IMG/VR virus record: IMGVR_UViG_3300005537_000002
Location: 64,001-128,000 of that record
Direction: 5' to 3' (one strand)
From: a virus
DNA: 64,000 bases
Shown in pieces: positions 25,204 through 34,144 of the stretch. The notes beneath the pieces were generated by a model. That model saw only the letters and a list, made by a program, of their open reading frames with translations. It made no database searches and was not told the DNA's origin. Position 1 is the first letter of the stretch. Every line of letters begins with the position of its first letter. The translations under genes and the position numbers were made by a program.

Positions 25204-25233
25204 TTGAATTTAGTTTATGTAATTTATTATAAT
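25204..25233 (+). promoter_or_regulatory. Sigma70-like phage promoter
   Basis: CCTC-TTGAAT-18-TATAAT. Confidence 0.7.
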
Positions 25234-25294
25234 ATAAATAGAAGAGTAAAAACAAGGATCGCTGTATCTTTGGTACGAGCAACGGAGGACGCAA

Positions 25295-25777
25295 TTGAGC
25301 TATGACAACAATGTAGCGGAATACCCTCGCCCTAAGAGCAGGAGGGCGCAACGGGTTATGGAGGAGCGTATCGCAGCATTAGACTGCGATATCGTAAGTC
25401 GGACAGAGGATACGATAAGCGTCTCCTATCCCGACGACCTCACTAAATTTCAACTGGATCAAGTACTAATGCACGCGTATGAGTACCAACTGTTCACGTT
25501 GTGGGATGCCTTAGATGTAGGCATCGGAGCATCAACGTGTGGAGCGACGTCGAAAGGTTTGACCCTCATAGGTGTCACTCGAGTAAGGGGGAGAGCGTAC
25601 TGTTTACGTATCTCCTACAGCGTCTTAAGGTCAACTGAACAGGGAGTAGTCTGCATTTGGAAAGCAAATGAGAGCAACCAACTGGAACTAGCTATGAGAG
25701 CGATGTTCGGCCTAGAACTTTCTGATGCAGTCTGGTTTCCCTACTGGGAAGAGAGTTCCAACGGAGGAGGACAATGA
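25295..25777 (+). CDS. Hypothetical protein
   Basis: GGAGG RBS. Confidence 0.55.
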   Translation: MSYDNNVAEYPRPKSRRAQRVMEERIAALDCDIVSRTEDTISVSYPDDLTKFQLDQVLMHAYEYQLFTLWDALDVGIGASTCGATSKGLTLIGVTRVRGRAYCLRISYSVLRSTEQGVVCIWKANESNQLELAMRAMFGLELSDAVWFPYWEESSNGGGQ

Positions 25778-26040
25778 GAAAAGGTCAGGCTAAAATGCGC
25801 GAGCTGCAGGAGCACGTACATGCAAGTACAGACAACTTATGTCACTTTTGTAATACAAGGCCTGCTATAGGTGACTATACATACAAGCCGGGTAAAACGT
25901 CTATTATCGGTCGTCTGTGTACAGACTGCGTGCTAGAGTTGAATGGCAAACCGACAACTGCGACTGCTAAAGAGGGGCCTTGTATGATATTGTTTGTTAA
26001 CAAACTATTCCAGGAGGGTAGCAGTAATGTCACAGACTGA
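25774..26040 (+). CDS. Small zinc-finger protein
   Basis: CxxC...CxxC. Confidence 0.5.
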   Translation: MRKGQAKMRELQEHVHASTDNLCHFCNTRPAIGDYTYKPGKTSIIGRLCTDCVLELNGKPTTATAKEGPCMILFVNKLFQEGSSNVTD

Positions 26041-26443
26041 TGACAAGTTTAGCGCGTCGCTTACAGTAGACTTTAGTCAGTCTCCTAACGCAACGCTGGA
26101 GGTGTTTACACAGGGACCTTTGTGGACTCGACTGAACAACTACGATCCGGAGGTGTACTTCGAATGGTACGGTCGCGAGGTCCGAATGGAGCCCACGAGA
26201 GAGTACCCGGACTGTGTCAGGTTCGACTTCGAACTCATATCACTAGGAGGCTCGAGAGCTGAAGTGATGTGTCTTCGTATTATCGAACCCAAACGAAGTA
26301 TGGGAAATGAGTCGACGAAGTTCCATCAACAGTTCGCAAAGGTTATGATAGCTCTCGATGGCGAAGTTGTCTATGTACAACTAACCGGATCGGAGTACGA
26401 CATAGATGTGGAGGTTATCGGTGCAACGCGGGGAGAGTATTGA
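26027..26443 (+). CDS. Hypothetical protein
   Basis: AGGAGG RBS. Confidence 0.55.
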   Translation: MSQTDDKFSASLTVDFSQSPNATLEVFTQGPLWTRLNNYDPEVYFEWYGREVRMEPTREYPDCVRFDFELISLGGSRAEVMCLRIIEPKRSMGNESTKFHQQFAKVMIALDGEVVYVQLTGSEYDIDVEVIGATRGEY

Positions 26444-26633
26444 ACTCACAACAGATGAGTTCGCGGAGATTTTACAGTTGCTGTTCACGAGTACAGACCC
26501 GAATATACAACGACTGCTCTCCGTACACCAAGTCGGTATATCCAGCGAGAGCTGTTCAGGTAACTCGACTCTATGGGTACATACCGGTCTAGGTTCGTTT
26601 ACACTAACTATTACGAAGGACGGGCGACAATAG
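26406..26633 (+). CDS. Hypothetical protein
   Basis: Operon packing; start uncertain. Confidence 0.4.
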   Translation: MWRLSVQRGESIELTTDEFAEILQLLFTSTDPNIQRLLSVHQVGISSESCSGNSTLWVHTGLGSFTLTITKDGRQ

Positions 26634-26860
26634 TGTCTATCCGTATTGCGCTAGAGTACTTAGCGGTCATACTGACGACTTCAGGATTATATAGCACAGT
26701 TGTATGCCTCATCTGCCTATACTTCGGGAGCGGATGCCTTTCGAGTTGGATACCTTCCCCCAAGACTCGGGAGGATGCGTTTTGGACAATGTTGTTAGGA
26801 GCAGCATCCGTCGCTGTTGGAGTCTCGTTGCTACGCTTAGTCGCTATAGGCAACTTGTAA
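26573..26860 (+). CDS. Small membrane protein
   Basis: Two hydrophobic helices; start uncertain. Confidence 0.45.
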   Translation: MGTYRSRFVYTNYYEGRATIVSIRIALEYLAVILTTSGLYSTVVCLICLYFGSGCLSSWIPSPKTREDAFWTMLLGAASVAVGVSLLRLVAIGNL

Positions 26861-26884
26861 ACAATCGGTCGTTTATATTATAAT
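26855..26884 (+). promoter_or_regulatory. Sigma70-like phage promoter
   Basis: TTGTAA-18-TATAAT. Confidence 0.65.
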
Positions 26885-26935
26885 TAAATTATAAAAACAA
26901 CGTCGTAACGACCGAAGTGAACAGGAGAAGCTTTT

Positions 26936-27301
26936 TTGACACAACTAACTGACAAAGACAAACAACTAGAAAGGGTGGCGATATGCATCTCATATACGTT
27001 ATCCGAGCTACTCAAACCAATGGACGTACATATTGCCGACGGAAGCGTGTATACGGATGTAGGACAGTCACTGTCACTCAATAATGACGAGTGGTCAGTG
27101 ACTGTAGAAGGTTGGCGGATGCAGGGGGATCCGAAGTCAGATCTATACCCGTGTGAGACTCAGACAGTGTACCGAGGGAATAGTCCCCTCGATGCGGTAC
27201 GTAGTATGATAGCTTGGATACTCAACGCCAGTGATTTCAACGAGCTATCGGATACGCAGCAGCAAGTCATCGTTCGAGCATTAGCACACTGGTTTGCGTA
27301 G
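26936..27301 (+). CDS. Hypothetical protein
   Basis: AGGAG RBS after the promoter. Confidence 0.55.
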   Translation: MTQLTDKDKQLERVAICISYTLSELLKPMDVHIADGSVYTDVGQSLSLNNDEWSVTVEGWRMQGDPKSDLYPCETQTVYRGNSPLDAVRSMIAWILNASDFNELSDTQQQVIVRALAHWFA

Positions 27302-27326
27302 CAGGGACACCAACCCAAAGTTGTCG

Positions 27327-27357
27327 AGGGTGGTCGAAAGGCCACCCTTTATTTTTT
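27327..27357 (+). terminator. Intrinsic terminator
   Basis: AGGGTGGTC-GAAA-GGCCACCCT followed by a T-rich tract. Confidence 0.7.
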
Positions 27358-27419
27358 GTCTTATAATACGTTATAATATTAATAAAGGCGTCGTATACTA
27401 CACAGAAGGAGGGCAACTA

Positions 27420-28022
27420 TTGAAAAAACACCCGGCAGTTGTATTCGTACTAGAGTGGTTCCTGACTTGTGCGGGCTTGAGCTTGAGTCTACTACTCTAC
27501 AACTGGTTAGACTGGGTCATTAACCACATTGTAGACCGCGACATCAGAGGTAAGTACCCGCTAGAGCACTGGTTGCTAGTCGGTATGATTATCGCTGGAG
27601 GCTTCATCATCACGTACCTGATCTTCAAAGTAAAGTCATTCCGGATGCAAAAGAGACCAACACCCGGTGTGCCGAAGTTTGGTTACGGTGGACCTAACCT
27701 ACCAACCGTTAAGGACAGTAGAGTACCCAACCAGCAGACGATCCCACGCCCGAGAGATGACCGCCCTAGTCAGCAGCAACCATCTAAAAAGGATCGTCAG
27801 CAGGGAGCAGCATATGCTAGCAACCCAATGAACTCTCCCGTCATTAACGGACCTCGGGGGGACCAGAAAATGTTACCCCCGGGTAACAAGCAGCAAGCAC
27901 GTCGGCTAGACGAACTGTTCGACGACGAATACGAAGACCCACGTACGTTACAAGCACAGCGGGCTCGTGGATACCAACAACAGCAACAGCAACCCCGTTG
28001 GGTAGACGGAGATGACCAATGA
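27420..28022 (+). CDS. Two-TM membrane protein with a Q/P-rich disordered tail
   Basis: GGAGG RBS, TTG start; two TM helices. Confidence 0.6.
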   Translation: MKKHPAVVFVLEWFLTCAGLSLSLLLYNWLDWVINHIVDRDIRGKYPLEHWLLVGMIIAGGFIITYLIFKVKSFRMQKRPTPGVPKFGYGGPNLPTVKDSRVPNQQTIPRPRDDRPSQQQPSKKDRQQGAAYASNPMNSPVINGPRGDQKMLPPGNKQQARRLDELFDDEYEDPRTLQAQRARGYQQQQQQPRWVDGDDQ

Positions 28023-28303
28023 GTCCACTCGAACAAGCAGCTCAATCAGTGCAAAGGTTGCACAGCGTACTTACTCTCTTACCTACTGAGGACTTGCTTA
28101 GACCTGCACTGGAGTCTCGTTTAGCACAGCTGGACTTGCTGTTCACCATAGCTCGAGACGGGAAGGACCCAATAGCGTTTCGTGCTGTGCAGTTACTAGC
28201 AGACCTCACTATGCTAGCACTCTCTAAGAAGCAACCTCTAGATCTACTGTCACAAAGCTACCACGCTATGGACGAACTGCTGTCATCGATAACACAGTGG
28301 TAG
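28019..28303 (+). CDS. Hypothetical helical protein
   Basis: ATGA overlap with the previous gene. Confidence 0.55.
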   Translation: MSPLEQAAQSVQRLHSVLTLLPTEDLLRPALESRLAQLDLLFTIARDGKDPIAFRAVQLLADLTMLALSKKQPLDLLSQSYHAMDELLSSITQW

Positions 28304-28316
28304 TGTAACCTCTCTC

Positions 28317-28355
28317 AAAAACGCTTGTGTGAATGCATTCACACAAGCGTTTTTT
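28317..28355. terminator. Bidirectional terminator (perfect palindrome)
   Basis: AAAA-ACGCTTGTGTGAATGCATTCACACAAGCGT-TTTTT. Confidence 0.8.
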
Positions 28356-28830
28356 ATACGCTAAAAATATACCCCTTAAATTATATATTATTTAACGCTA
28401 TAGTTAGTTTTTACCCGGACTAAAATAAATAATATAGAAATATATTGCCCACAAAAAATTTCAATATAAAACGCGATGAAACACATGTATTAGTACTATA
28501 CAAGTATACGGTAGGCCCGTATACATCCTGCAGCCCTGCTGCTGCTGGCCGAAAAATATACGGTATACGGGTACAGGGTATGTTTTGCACGCACTTTAGA
28601 AATCATGAGTGTTTTCTGGATTTGCTTTCGAAATCCCTAGCACTTATACATGTTTGGTACGTATTTCTAAGGTAGAGATCGATAGCACCTATAATTTTTT
28701 AGTACCGCCGCGGTTATAATATATATAGGGGGGAGCTTAAAAAAAAATCCGAGTTCTCTCAGCTCTCGAGGATAATTAGTCGTTAGAGTACTCTTACTCG
28801 CTAATAGGGTATACAAGTATACGGCGTAAC
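28356..28830. other. AT-rich non-coding region with TATACGG repeats (possible origin or genome-end region)
   Basis: 15-bp direct repeat TATACAAGTATACGG at 28497 and 28810, further TATACGG copies, A and G homopolymer runs. Confidence 0.4.
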
Positions 28831-28838
28831 GTTACCTC

Positions 28839-28868
28839 TTGTTTTCAACCGGTGGAATTTATTATAAT
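28839..28868 (+). promoter_or_regulatory. Sigma70-like early promoter (45 bp identical to 34065-34109)
   Basis: CCTC-TTGTTT-18-TATAAT-ATAAATA. Confidence 0.8.
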
Positions 28869-28911
28869 ATAAATAGAGTTCACAATTAATAAACAAGGGA
28901 GGGTACAAGGC

Positions 28912-29289
28912 ATGATACGACCGTGGAGAAGCGAGCTACTGTGTTTCAAGCGGTTGCACACCGACGAGTTAGAGTATGCCGTCAAGATCGCAGGAGTGAA
29001 CTGTATAGAAGACCTAACTACCGGTAGTTGGGAGCTCGTTGCCCAACGTCAGTTTCGGGACGCCGTAGGTAGGTCGTACTGGTTAGAAGGCCCTAAGATT
29101 ACTGGTCTCATTATCGATTGGGAGACTTTAAGACTTATACGTACACTTTGGACTCGTATGGAACGGGAAGCACTAGCAGCTGTGCTCCAAGACACCAACG
29201 CACTAGATGTCGGTAACCTCGAACCCGAAGACAACTTACTAGATCTTAACGCAGCTTTGTTTAGCGAAGAACGTCTGTTCCACTTTTAG
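28912..29289 (+). CDS. Hypothetical protein, paralog of 29298-29678
   Basis: Shared ELLCF, YAVK..GV and WTR..REALA.VLQDTNAL. Confidence 0.7.
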   Translation: MIRPWRSELLCFKRLHTDELEYAVKIAGVNCIEDLTTGSWELVAQRQFRDAVGRSYWLEGPKITGLIIDWETLRLIRTLWTRMEREALAAVLQDTNALDVGNLEPEDNLLDLNAALFSEERLFHF

Positions 29290-29297
29290 GAGGTAAC

Positions 29298-29678
29298 ATG
29301 CTAACGCCACAACATACAGAACTGTTATGTTTTGCATCACTCACACGAATGCAAGTCTACGCAGTTAAACTGACTGGCGTAGACTTCGTCACACTACTAG
29401 TCAGTACTGATAACTGGCGACTAATTAGAGAGCCCGAGTTCGCAGCGAATGTAAGGATGCACTTTCTGCGACAACGTCGTATTACGGACTTAGTCATAAG
29501 TGAAGAGGTGCTCTACTACCTTAAGCACGCTTGGACTCGAGAACTGAGAGAAGCTCTTGCGGTTGTATTGCAAGACACTAACGCTTTAGGTTTGGGGGAC
29601 TTAACTGAGCCTCAAAACTTGCAGGCACTTAACGAACTGCTGTTCGATGCGACAGAAGGACCGATGTTTCAGTTCTAA
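29298..29678 (+). CDS. Hypothetical protein, paralog of 28912-29289
   Basis: Same shared motifs; AGGAGG RBS. Confidence 0.7.
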   Translation: MLTPQHTELLCFASLTRMQVYAVKLTGVDFVTLLVSTDNWRLIREPEFAANVRMHFLRQRRITDLVISEEVLYYLKHAWTRELREALAVVLQDTNALGLGDLTEPQNLQALNELLFDATEGPMFQF

Positions 29679-29688
29679 AGGAGGAACT

Positions 29689-30093
29689 ATGCACACACAC
29701 CTGTGCTTTAGGGAGTTGGATGCTAGTTGCGACTACAATGGACAGTTGGAGTGGCTGGATGACTTTTGCATCCTTGGGTTCTCCTTACAAGAACATGACA
29801 ATCCCGAACTGTTGTTGATGCTGTCCAGTCGGATATGGGTGTTAGTTAAGGATGAAGTGTTGTGGAGGGCTCTAGATGAAGATGACCGACATCCAGATAG
29901 GGGGAAACTAACTGTACACGCTAGCACTAACGCACTACGTATCATTGGCGGTAGCGGTACTTGGTACCACGAATACCGGCTACTGCTAGCCCACAAGTTG
30001 TGGACTCAGGAAGTAGATAAGAGTCCGAGTAACGTAGCTGCGTTTTGGGAGTCGATGCGCAAGACTTTGTTTGTAGATGACCCGAGAGGATAG
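29689..30093 (+). CDS. Hypothetical protein
   Basis: AAGGAGG RBS. Confidence 0.6.
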   Translation: MHTHLCFRELDASCDYNGQLEWLDDFCILGFSLQEHDNPELLLMLSSRIWVLVKDEVLWRALDEDDRHPDRGKLTVHASTNALRIIGGSGTWYHEYRLLLAHKLWTQEVDKSPSNVAAFWESMRKTLFVDDPRG

Positions 30094-30322
30094 TGCTATG
30101 TCGATGGAAGATTACGCGGCGTATAAAGGACGTTTGCAGTTTTTATATAACGTGCTACTAGCTCAGACCGTAGACCCCAGGAATCTGTTCTACGGTTGCC
30201 TTATCGGTGTACTCGTAGAACAAAATCGAACTGTTGGTTGGATACTATACAACCCAACTAACGACAAAGAGGTGATGAGAGCTCAGTTACCTCACCCAGG
30301 AAGGGGACAGCATGAACGATAG
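30077..30322 (+). CDS. Hypothetical protein
   Basis: Operon packing. Confidence 0.45.
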   Translation: MTREDSAMSMEDYAAYKGRLQFLYNVLLAQTVDPRNLFYGCLIGVLVEQNRTVGWILYNPTNDKEVMRAQLPHPGRGQHER

Positions 30323-30372
30323 GGTCACCGCAAGTATAATAGCGGAGCTAAACGCTCCAAAGCAGCTCTCTC

Positions 30373-30401
30373 TTGATTTAGTTATGTAAACACATTATAA
30401 T
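30373..30401 (+). promoter_or_regulatory. Sigma70-like phage promoter
   Basis: CTC-TTGATT-17-TATAAT. Confidence 0.7.
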
Positions 30402-30463
30402 ATAAATATAGGAGGTGAACAGTTCACACCTACAGCAGTTCCATTACGGAAAGGATTTGAGAT

Positions 30464-30739
30464 ATGACTCGAGAGGAAGCTGCAAGAGCGGCTAAACACT
30501 ACGCAATCGATGTGTTCGAAAAGGTGTTGGAGGAGACAACACTTCCTGAGTGGGAAGTACTGGCTGCCAAATACGGAGTACCTGCCGGTGAGGGTGCTCG
30601 ATTTGCCTCTGGCGTGCGTCAGTTGCAGACGCAGATTGCCAATCAACTCGAACAGGCAAAAAAGATGACCGGAATCAAACGCGGTCAGAAAGCTCCGGCT
30701 GCTCAGGCTGAGCCCGAGGCAGTGACTGCTGACAGTTAA
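30464..30739 (+). CDS. Small helical protein in its own transcription unit
   Basis: Promoter, GAAAGGA RBS and terminator flank this single ORF. Confidence 0.65.
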   Translation: MTREEAARAAKHYAIDVFEKVLEETTLPEWEVLAAKYGVPAGEGARFASGVRQLQTQIANQLEQAKKMTGIKRGQKAPAAQAEPEAVTADS

Positions 30740-30756
30740 GCTTTCCTGCCTACATG

Positions 30757-30795
30757 TATATGGCGTTGAGTTCGAACTCAACGCCATATAGTTTT
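30757..30795 (+). terminator. 34-bp perfect palindrome terminator
   Basis: TATATGGCGTTGAGTTC|GAACTCAACGCCATATA followed by GTTTT. Confidence 0.8.
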
Positions 30796-30820
30796 GGTGG
30801 TTGTCGCAATAATTACCCTC

Positions 30821-30850
30821 TTGATTTACATATGAGGGTTCACTTATAAT
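30821..30850 (+). promoter_or_regulatory. Sigma70-like phage promoter
   Basis: CCTC-TTGATT-18-TATAAT. Confidence 0.7.
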
Positions 30851-30857
30851 ATAAACA

Positions 30858-31151
30858 GTGTATAAAATACTAAGGAGGTTCCCCAAGATGGACCTTGACA
30901 TAGTGGTACAGATAACCCGTCCAAGTGGGTTTACACCCGCAGACGTACTTATAGAGTTGTTGTTGGAAGCCCTCAACAAGCAACACGTCTTTTCAGACGT
31001 AGGCCCTATGATCCACTCAGAGTCGAGTGCGCAGATTATAGTATCCCTAGGTGGGGAGGACTTTCGGGTCGAGGTCTCTCGAGTGGAACGAGACACACCT
31101 GTGCTAAACTCTGACAGGGAACCTCTAGAGCTGTTGGTAGATGAGGTGTAA
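30858..31151 (+). CDS. Hypothetical protein
   Basis: AAGGAGG upstream of the internal ATG. Confidence 0.55.
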   Translation: MYKILRRFPKMDLDIVVQITRPSGFTPADVLIELLLEALNKQHVFSDVGPMIHSESSAQIIVSLGGEDFRVEVSRVERDTPVLNSDREPLELLVDEV

Positions 31152-31368
31152 CTGTATGCACCCTCACATACCAACATACATAGCAGTTGTAGCTTTTAAT
31201 GTCGCTCTGCAACTGTTCGTACTACGTCTAGCACTATGGAGTCACACTGACTCGGACCCGGTAAAGGGTTCGCAGTTGGCTGAACTCGTATTAACTGTTC
31301 AAGCGACGATGTTACCGGTGTGGGCGATCTATCTACTCTCACTGTACACGCACCATATCCCACTTTGA
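31141..31368 (+). CDS. Small two-TM protein
   Basis: Hydrophobic helices. Confidence 0.45.
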   Translation: MRCNCMHPHIPTYIAVVAFNVALQLFVLRLALWSHTDSDPVKGSQLAELVLTVQATMLPVWAIYLLSLYTHHIPL

Positions 31369-31474
31369 TTGAGAGATGGTGCATGTTAAGTAATATGTAG
31401 TGCGAAAGGAGTATATCGATTTGGACGGCTAGCGAGTGCTAGCCGTATTTCTCGAGTAACTGCTAACATTTGCG

Positions 31475-31765
31475 ATGAGCCGCAGGGAAGGAACCGAAAC
31501 AGTGTCGTCATTCAACTACAGCCGAGATCCGAAAGCACGCCGGATCAGGGATTGGATGTGGGAGGAGCTGTTTCAGAATTGGAGAGACTATATGGACGGA
31601 GTCGAGCTAGACCTAACAAAGCTAGCTGAAGAGGCTTTTAAGGCGTTACAGCATGAGTTACAGGTCCCTCACGACGATCCTGAGGGGTTGCCAGACTTGT
31701 ACTTAGAGGTATCTATGGATACCGTCGAGAAATTTTTTCGGGATCCGGACTGTCCAATGCAGTAG
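31475..31765 (+). CDS. Hypothetical acidic protein
   Basis: ORF after the hairpin at 31425-31446. Confidence 0.5.
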   Translation: MSRREGTETVSSFNYSRDPKARRIRDWMWEELFQNWRDYMDGVELDLTKLAEEAFKALQHELQVPHDDPEGLPDLYLEVSMDTVEKFFRDPDCPMQ

Positions 31766-31789
31766 TAGTTAAAAGGAGTTGACCCCCTT

Positions 31790-32569
31790 ATGCACGTAGA
31801 CACTGAGATGCAACAGTTATTAACTCCACTCCAATGGCTGGAGTGGAAGTATAGGACTGCTGTCACTATCCAAAGCGAGTACTTTCCTTGGGACTACCGT
31901 ATCACTAAGGCGGTAGGTTCAGTGACAGTCTTCCAAAGGAGGACTCATGCCTCACTAACTCGTCTGTTCCCCCACGAGATTGATGAGTCAGGTGCAGCAG
32001 AACGCGCCCTACGAACAGTCCGAAGCTTACTCGCCGACGAAATCGAGTTCTTGCAGAAAGGCTGTCGGGTCGAGCAGGACCTAAGATCAGGCAAGACCGT
32101 TAAACGTCTTATACATCAGTTGGATTGTATCGAGAGTATAGAAGAAGCAGAGGGAATAGATAGTACGTTCGTACAAGACGTACTAGAGGAGTTGACGATT
32201 GCCGACTTTAGCACGCAGTGTACGACGTACGTGAGTTCGCTCACGCCGGATGTGGAGTATGACTTTACTATGTCCCTAGAGACTCACACGCCGATGCTGG
32301 TCTTTCTGTCGACAAGTACGGAAGAACGTATTCCCCTGGGGATGTTGAAAGTGCGTAGACACGATAGGCTACCGGAAGACCGTCTAGCACAGCTGGGCGC
32401 GTACTTGGAGCTGTTCCGTCGGGACGAGCTCGCCTTTGTTAGGCGAGCTCGTTTAATTGGACAGCCTAACCTACCTGAAGAGGTACAGTTAAGGTGTAAA
32501 AGAACGTGGGAAGAGGTGCTTGCACCGTTCTTTTACGAAGAGGGAGAAGAGCAAGCACAAGTAGTATAG
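31790..32569 (+). CDS. Hypothetical protein
   Basis: AAAGGAG RBS; 259 aa. Confidence 0.65.
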   Translation: MHVDTEMQQLLTPLQWLEWKYRTAVTIQSEYFPWDYRITKAVGSVTVFQRRTHASLTRLFPHEIDESGAAERALRTVRSLLADEIEFLQKGCRVEQDLRSGKTVKRLIHQLDCIESIEEAEGIDSTFVQDVLEELTIADFSTQCTTYVSSLTPDVEYDFTMSLETHTPMLVFLSTSTEERIPLGMLKVRRHDRLPEDRLAQLGAYLELFRRDELAFVRRARLIGQPNLPEEVQLRCKRTWEEVLAPFFYEEGEEQAQVV

Positions 32570-33588
32570 TTTTGGAGGTTGTCACTTTGGACGACAATGT
32601 ATTCATGAGCGGTACCTTCAGTGTCGGTGGTTGGGTCGTGACGACTCTTTCGAACGGCACGGTAGCGTATGTAAGTTCCGGGGTATCAACGGTGTATGTT
32701 ACACATAATGCAGTAGCTAGTACCTATACCCTCGAGTATAGAGACCCAACTAGGTTTCAGTCGAACCGACCACCGGACTTGCCGACATGCAAGTGTGCTA
32801 GATCAGATGGTTGGGAGAATGACCTTACGTTAGACCGACCATCGGTATTGAATGAACATCAGTGGCAGCTATTCAAGGCAACTGGGTCCTTACGTGTGAA
32901 TAGCAAGTTTACGGATGAACTACAACTACAAGTCCTAAAAGGGGAGCCTTGGATCCGACTCATCTCACGAGACGTAGCTGACCGTTACGAGGGTCACTAC
33001 CGAACCCTGTACGTCTGGAAGGACGAGTGGGTGTCCCGACTGTATAGCGAATATGAGCTAGCGTCAGTGATATTCGAGGCACTCGAGGACGAAGTTACGT
33101 TGATGACTGGAGACATTCGTACTACCGGTTGGAGTACTTCGGAGATTGACGGATATATGCCTTTGATGAGGTCGTTGCTGTTAGCACAGGAGACGCTGCC
33201 AGCTTCGGTGTCTCAAAAGCTGTTCGATGACTTACAGCGAGAGGATAGACATACGTTTGAGATAGTGATACCCAGTACGATCTGGCCTGACATTGAGTAT
33301 GCTATCGGTGGAGATGTGCTGCAGCATGCGTTTTCGGTCCGAGTACGCGAGCGAGGTATCATTGGGTTCCTCTGCATACAGCCGGAGGACTGTTACTTAC
33401 CACCTATCGATATGGTTGTGCTTCACTATGTGAGCCTAGCGACCGACGAACTGCGGCACGTATCTACGGGGGTATTCAGTACACATCATAGATATCCACT
33501 TGCAGAACACTACTGGAATAGTCTACTAAACGGCAACCTCAACGCTCCATTTCTGCTCATAGATCGGAAGGACTATTATGAGGAGTAA
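32506..33588 (+). CDS. Hypothetical protein
   Basis: Long ORF; true start probably about 32587. Confidence 0.65.
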   Translation: MGRGACTVLLRRGRRASTSSIVLEVVTLDDNVFMSGTFSVGGWVVTTLSNGTVAYVSSGVSTVYVTHNAVASTYTLEYRDPTRFQSNRPPDLPTCKCARSDGWENDLTLDRPSVLNEHQWQLFKATGSLRVNSKFTDELQLQVLKGEPWIRLISRDVADRYEGHYRTLYVWKDEWVSRLYSEYELASVIFEALEDEVTLMTGDIRTTGWSTSEIDGYMPLMRSLLLAQETLPASVSQKLFDDLQREDRHTFEIVIPSTIWPDIEYAIGGDVLQHAFSVRVRERGIIGFLCIQPEDCYLPPIDMVVLHYVSLATDELRHVSTGVFSTHHRYPLAEHYWNSLLNGNLNAPFLLIDRKDYYEE

Positions 33589-34036
33589 GCGAGCGACTTG
33601 CAGAGACTGTAGGAAACCACTAGACTCCGAGAACACCACCTACTGTAGAGAATGCGCTGCGAAACGAGCCGTAGAGCGACGTAGGAAAGGCCCCTTTGCT
33701 GAGCGGTGGCATGAAATACTCTACGTTATGGAGGATGTGTTACGTAGGGAGCAGTATAGTACGGGTTTAGTCTCTGGAGTTCGCTTCGTAAGATTGAGTC
33801 AGGTTAAGCGTATCGCACTTCTAAGTAGCGTAGCCCTACACTTATGGCCTAGGTCAAAATATGAAAGTCTGCTAGCAGAACTAGTAGATGCTCCAGTAGA
33901 CGGACTGTTGGGAGTCTATAACCATCGAGGACTCTCACGGGAGAGTATAGCTACTTACAGTGTAGGGTTCGAGCGGGACTTGAAGCGTGTCACTCGAGAC
34001 CGGTTAGGTTTCATCATAGTCGATGATACCGACTAG
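33578..34036 (+). CDS. Zinc-finger-containing hypothetical protein
   Basis: CRDC...CREC. Confidence 0.55.
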   Translation: MRSKRATCRDCRKPLDSENTTYCRECAAKRAVERRRKGPFAERWHEILYVMEDVLRREQYSTGLVSGVRFVRLSQVKRIALLSSVALHLWPRSKYESLLAELVDAPVDGLLGVYNHRGLSRESIATYSVGFERDLKRVTRDRLGFIIVDDTD

Positions 34037-34072
34037 GCGGGCGAGTGCGCTTGTTTTTGAGATAGTTACCTC

Positions 34073-34102
34073 TTGTTTTCAACCGGTGGAATTTATTATA
34101 AT
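34073..34102 (+). promoter_or_regulatory. Sigma70-like early promoter
   Basis: 45-bp copy identical to 28831-28875. Confidence 0.8.
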
Positions 34103-34144
34103 ATAAATAATAAATAAAATACTACACCACTAAAGGGAGGGAAA

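Noticed and set aside
28445-28675. 76-aa ORF in the AT-rich junction
   Set aside because: TTG start without an RBS, low-complexity composition, overlaps the repeats.
30395-31177. 260-aa minus-strand ORF
   Set aside because: Spans two promoters, a terminator and two RBS-bearing plus-strand genes; antisense shadow.
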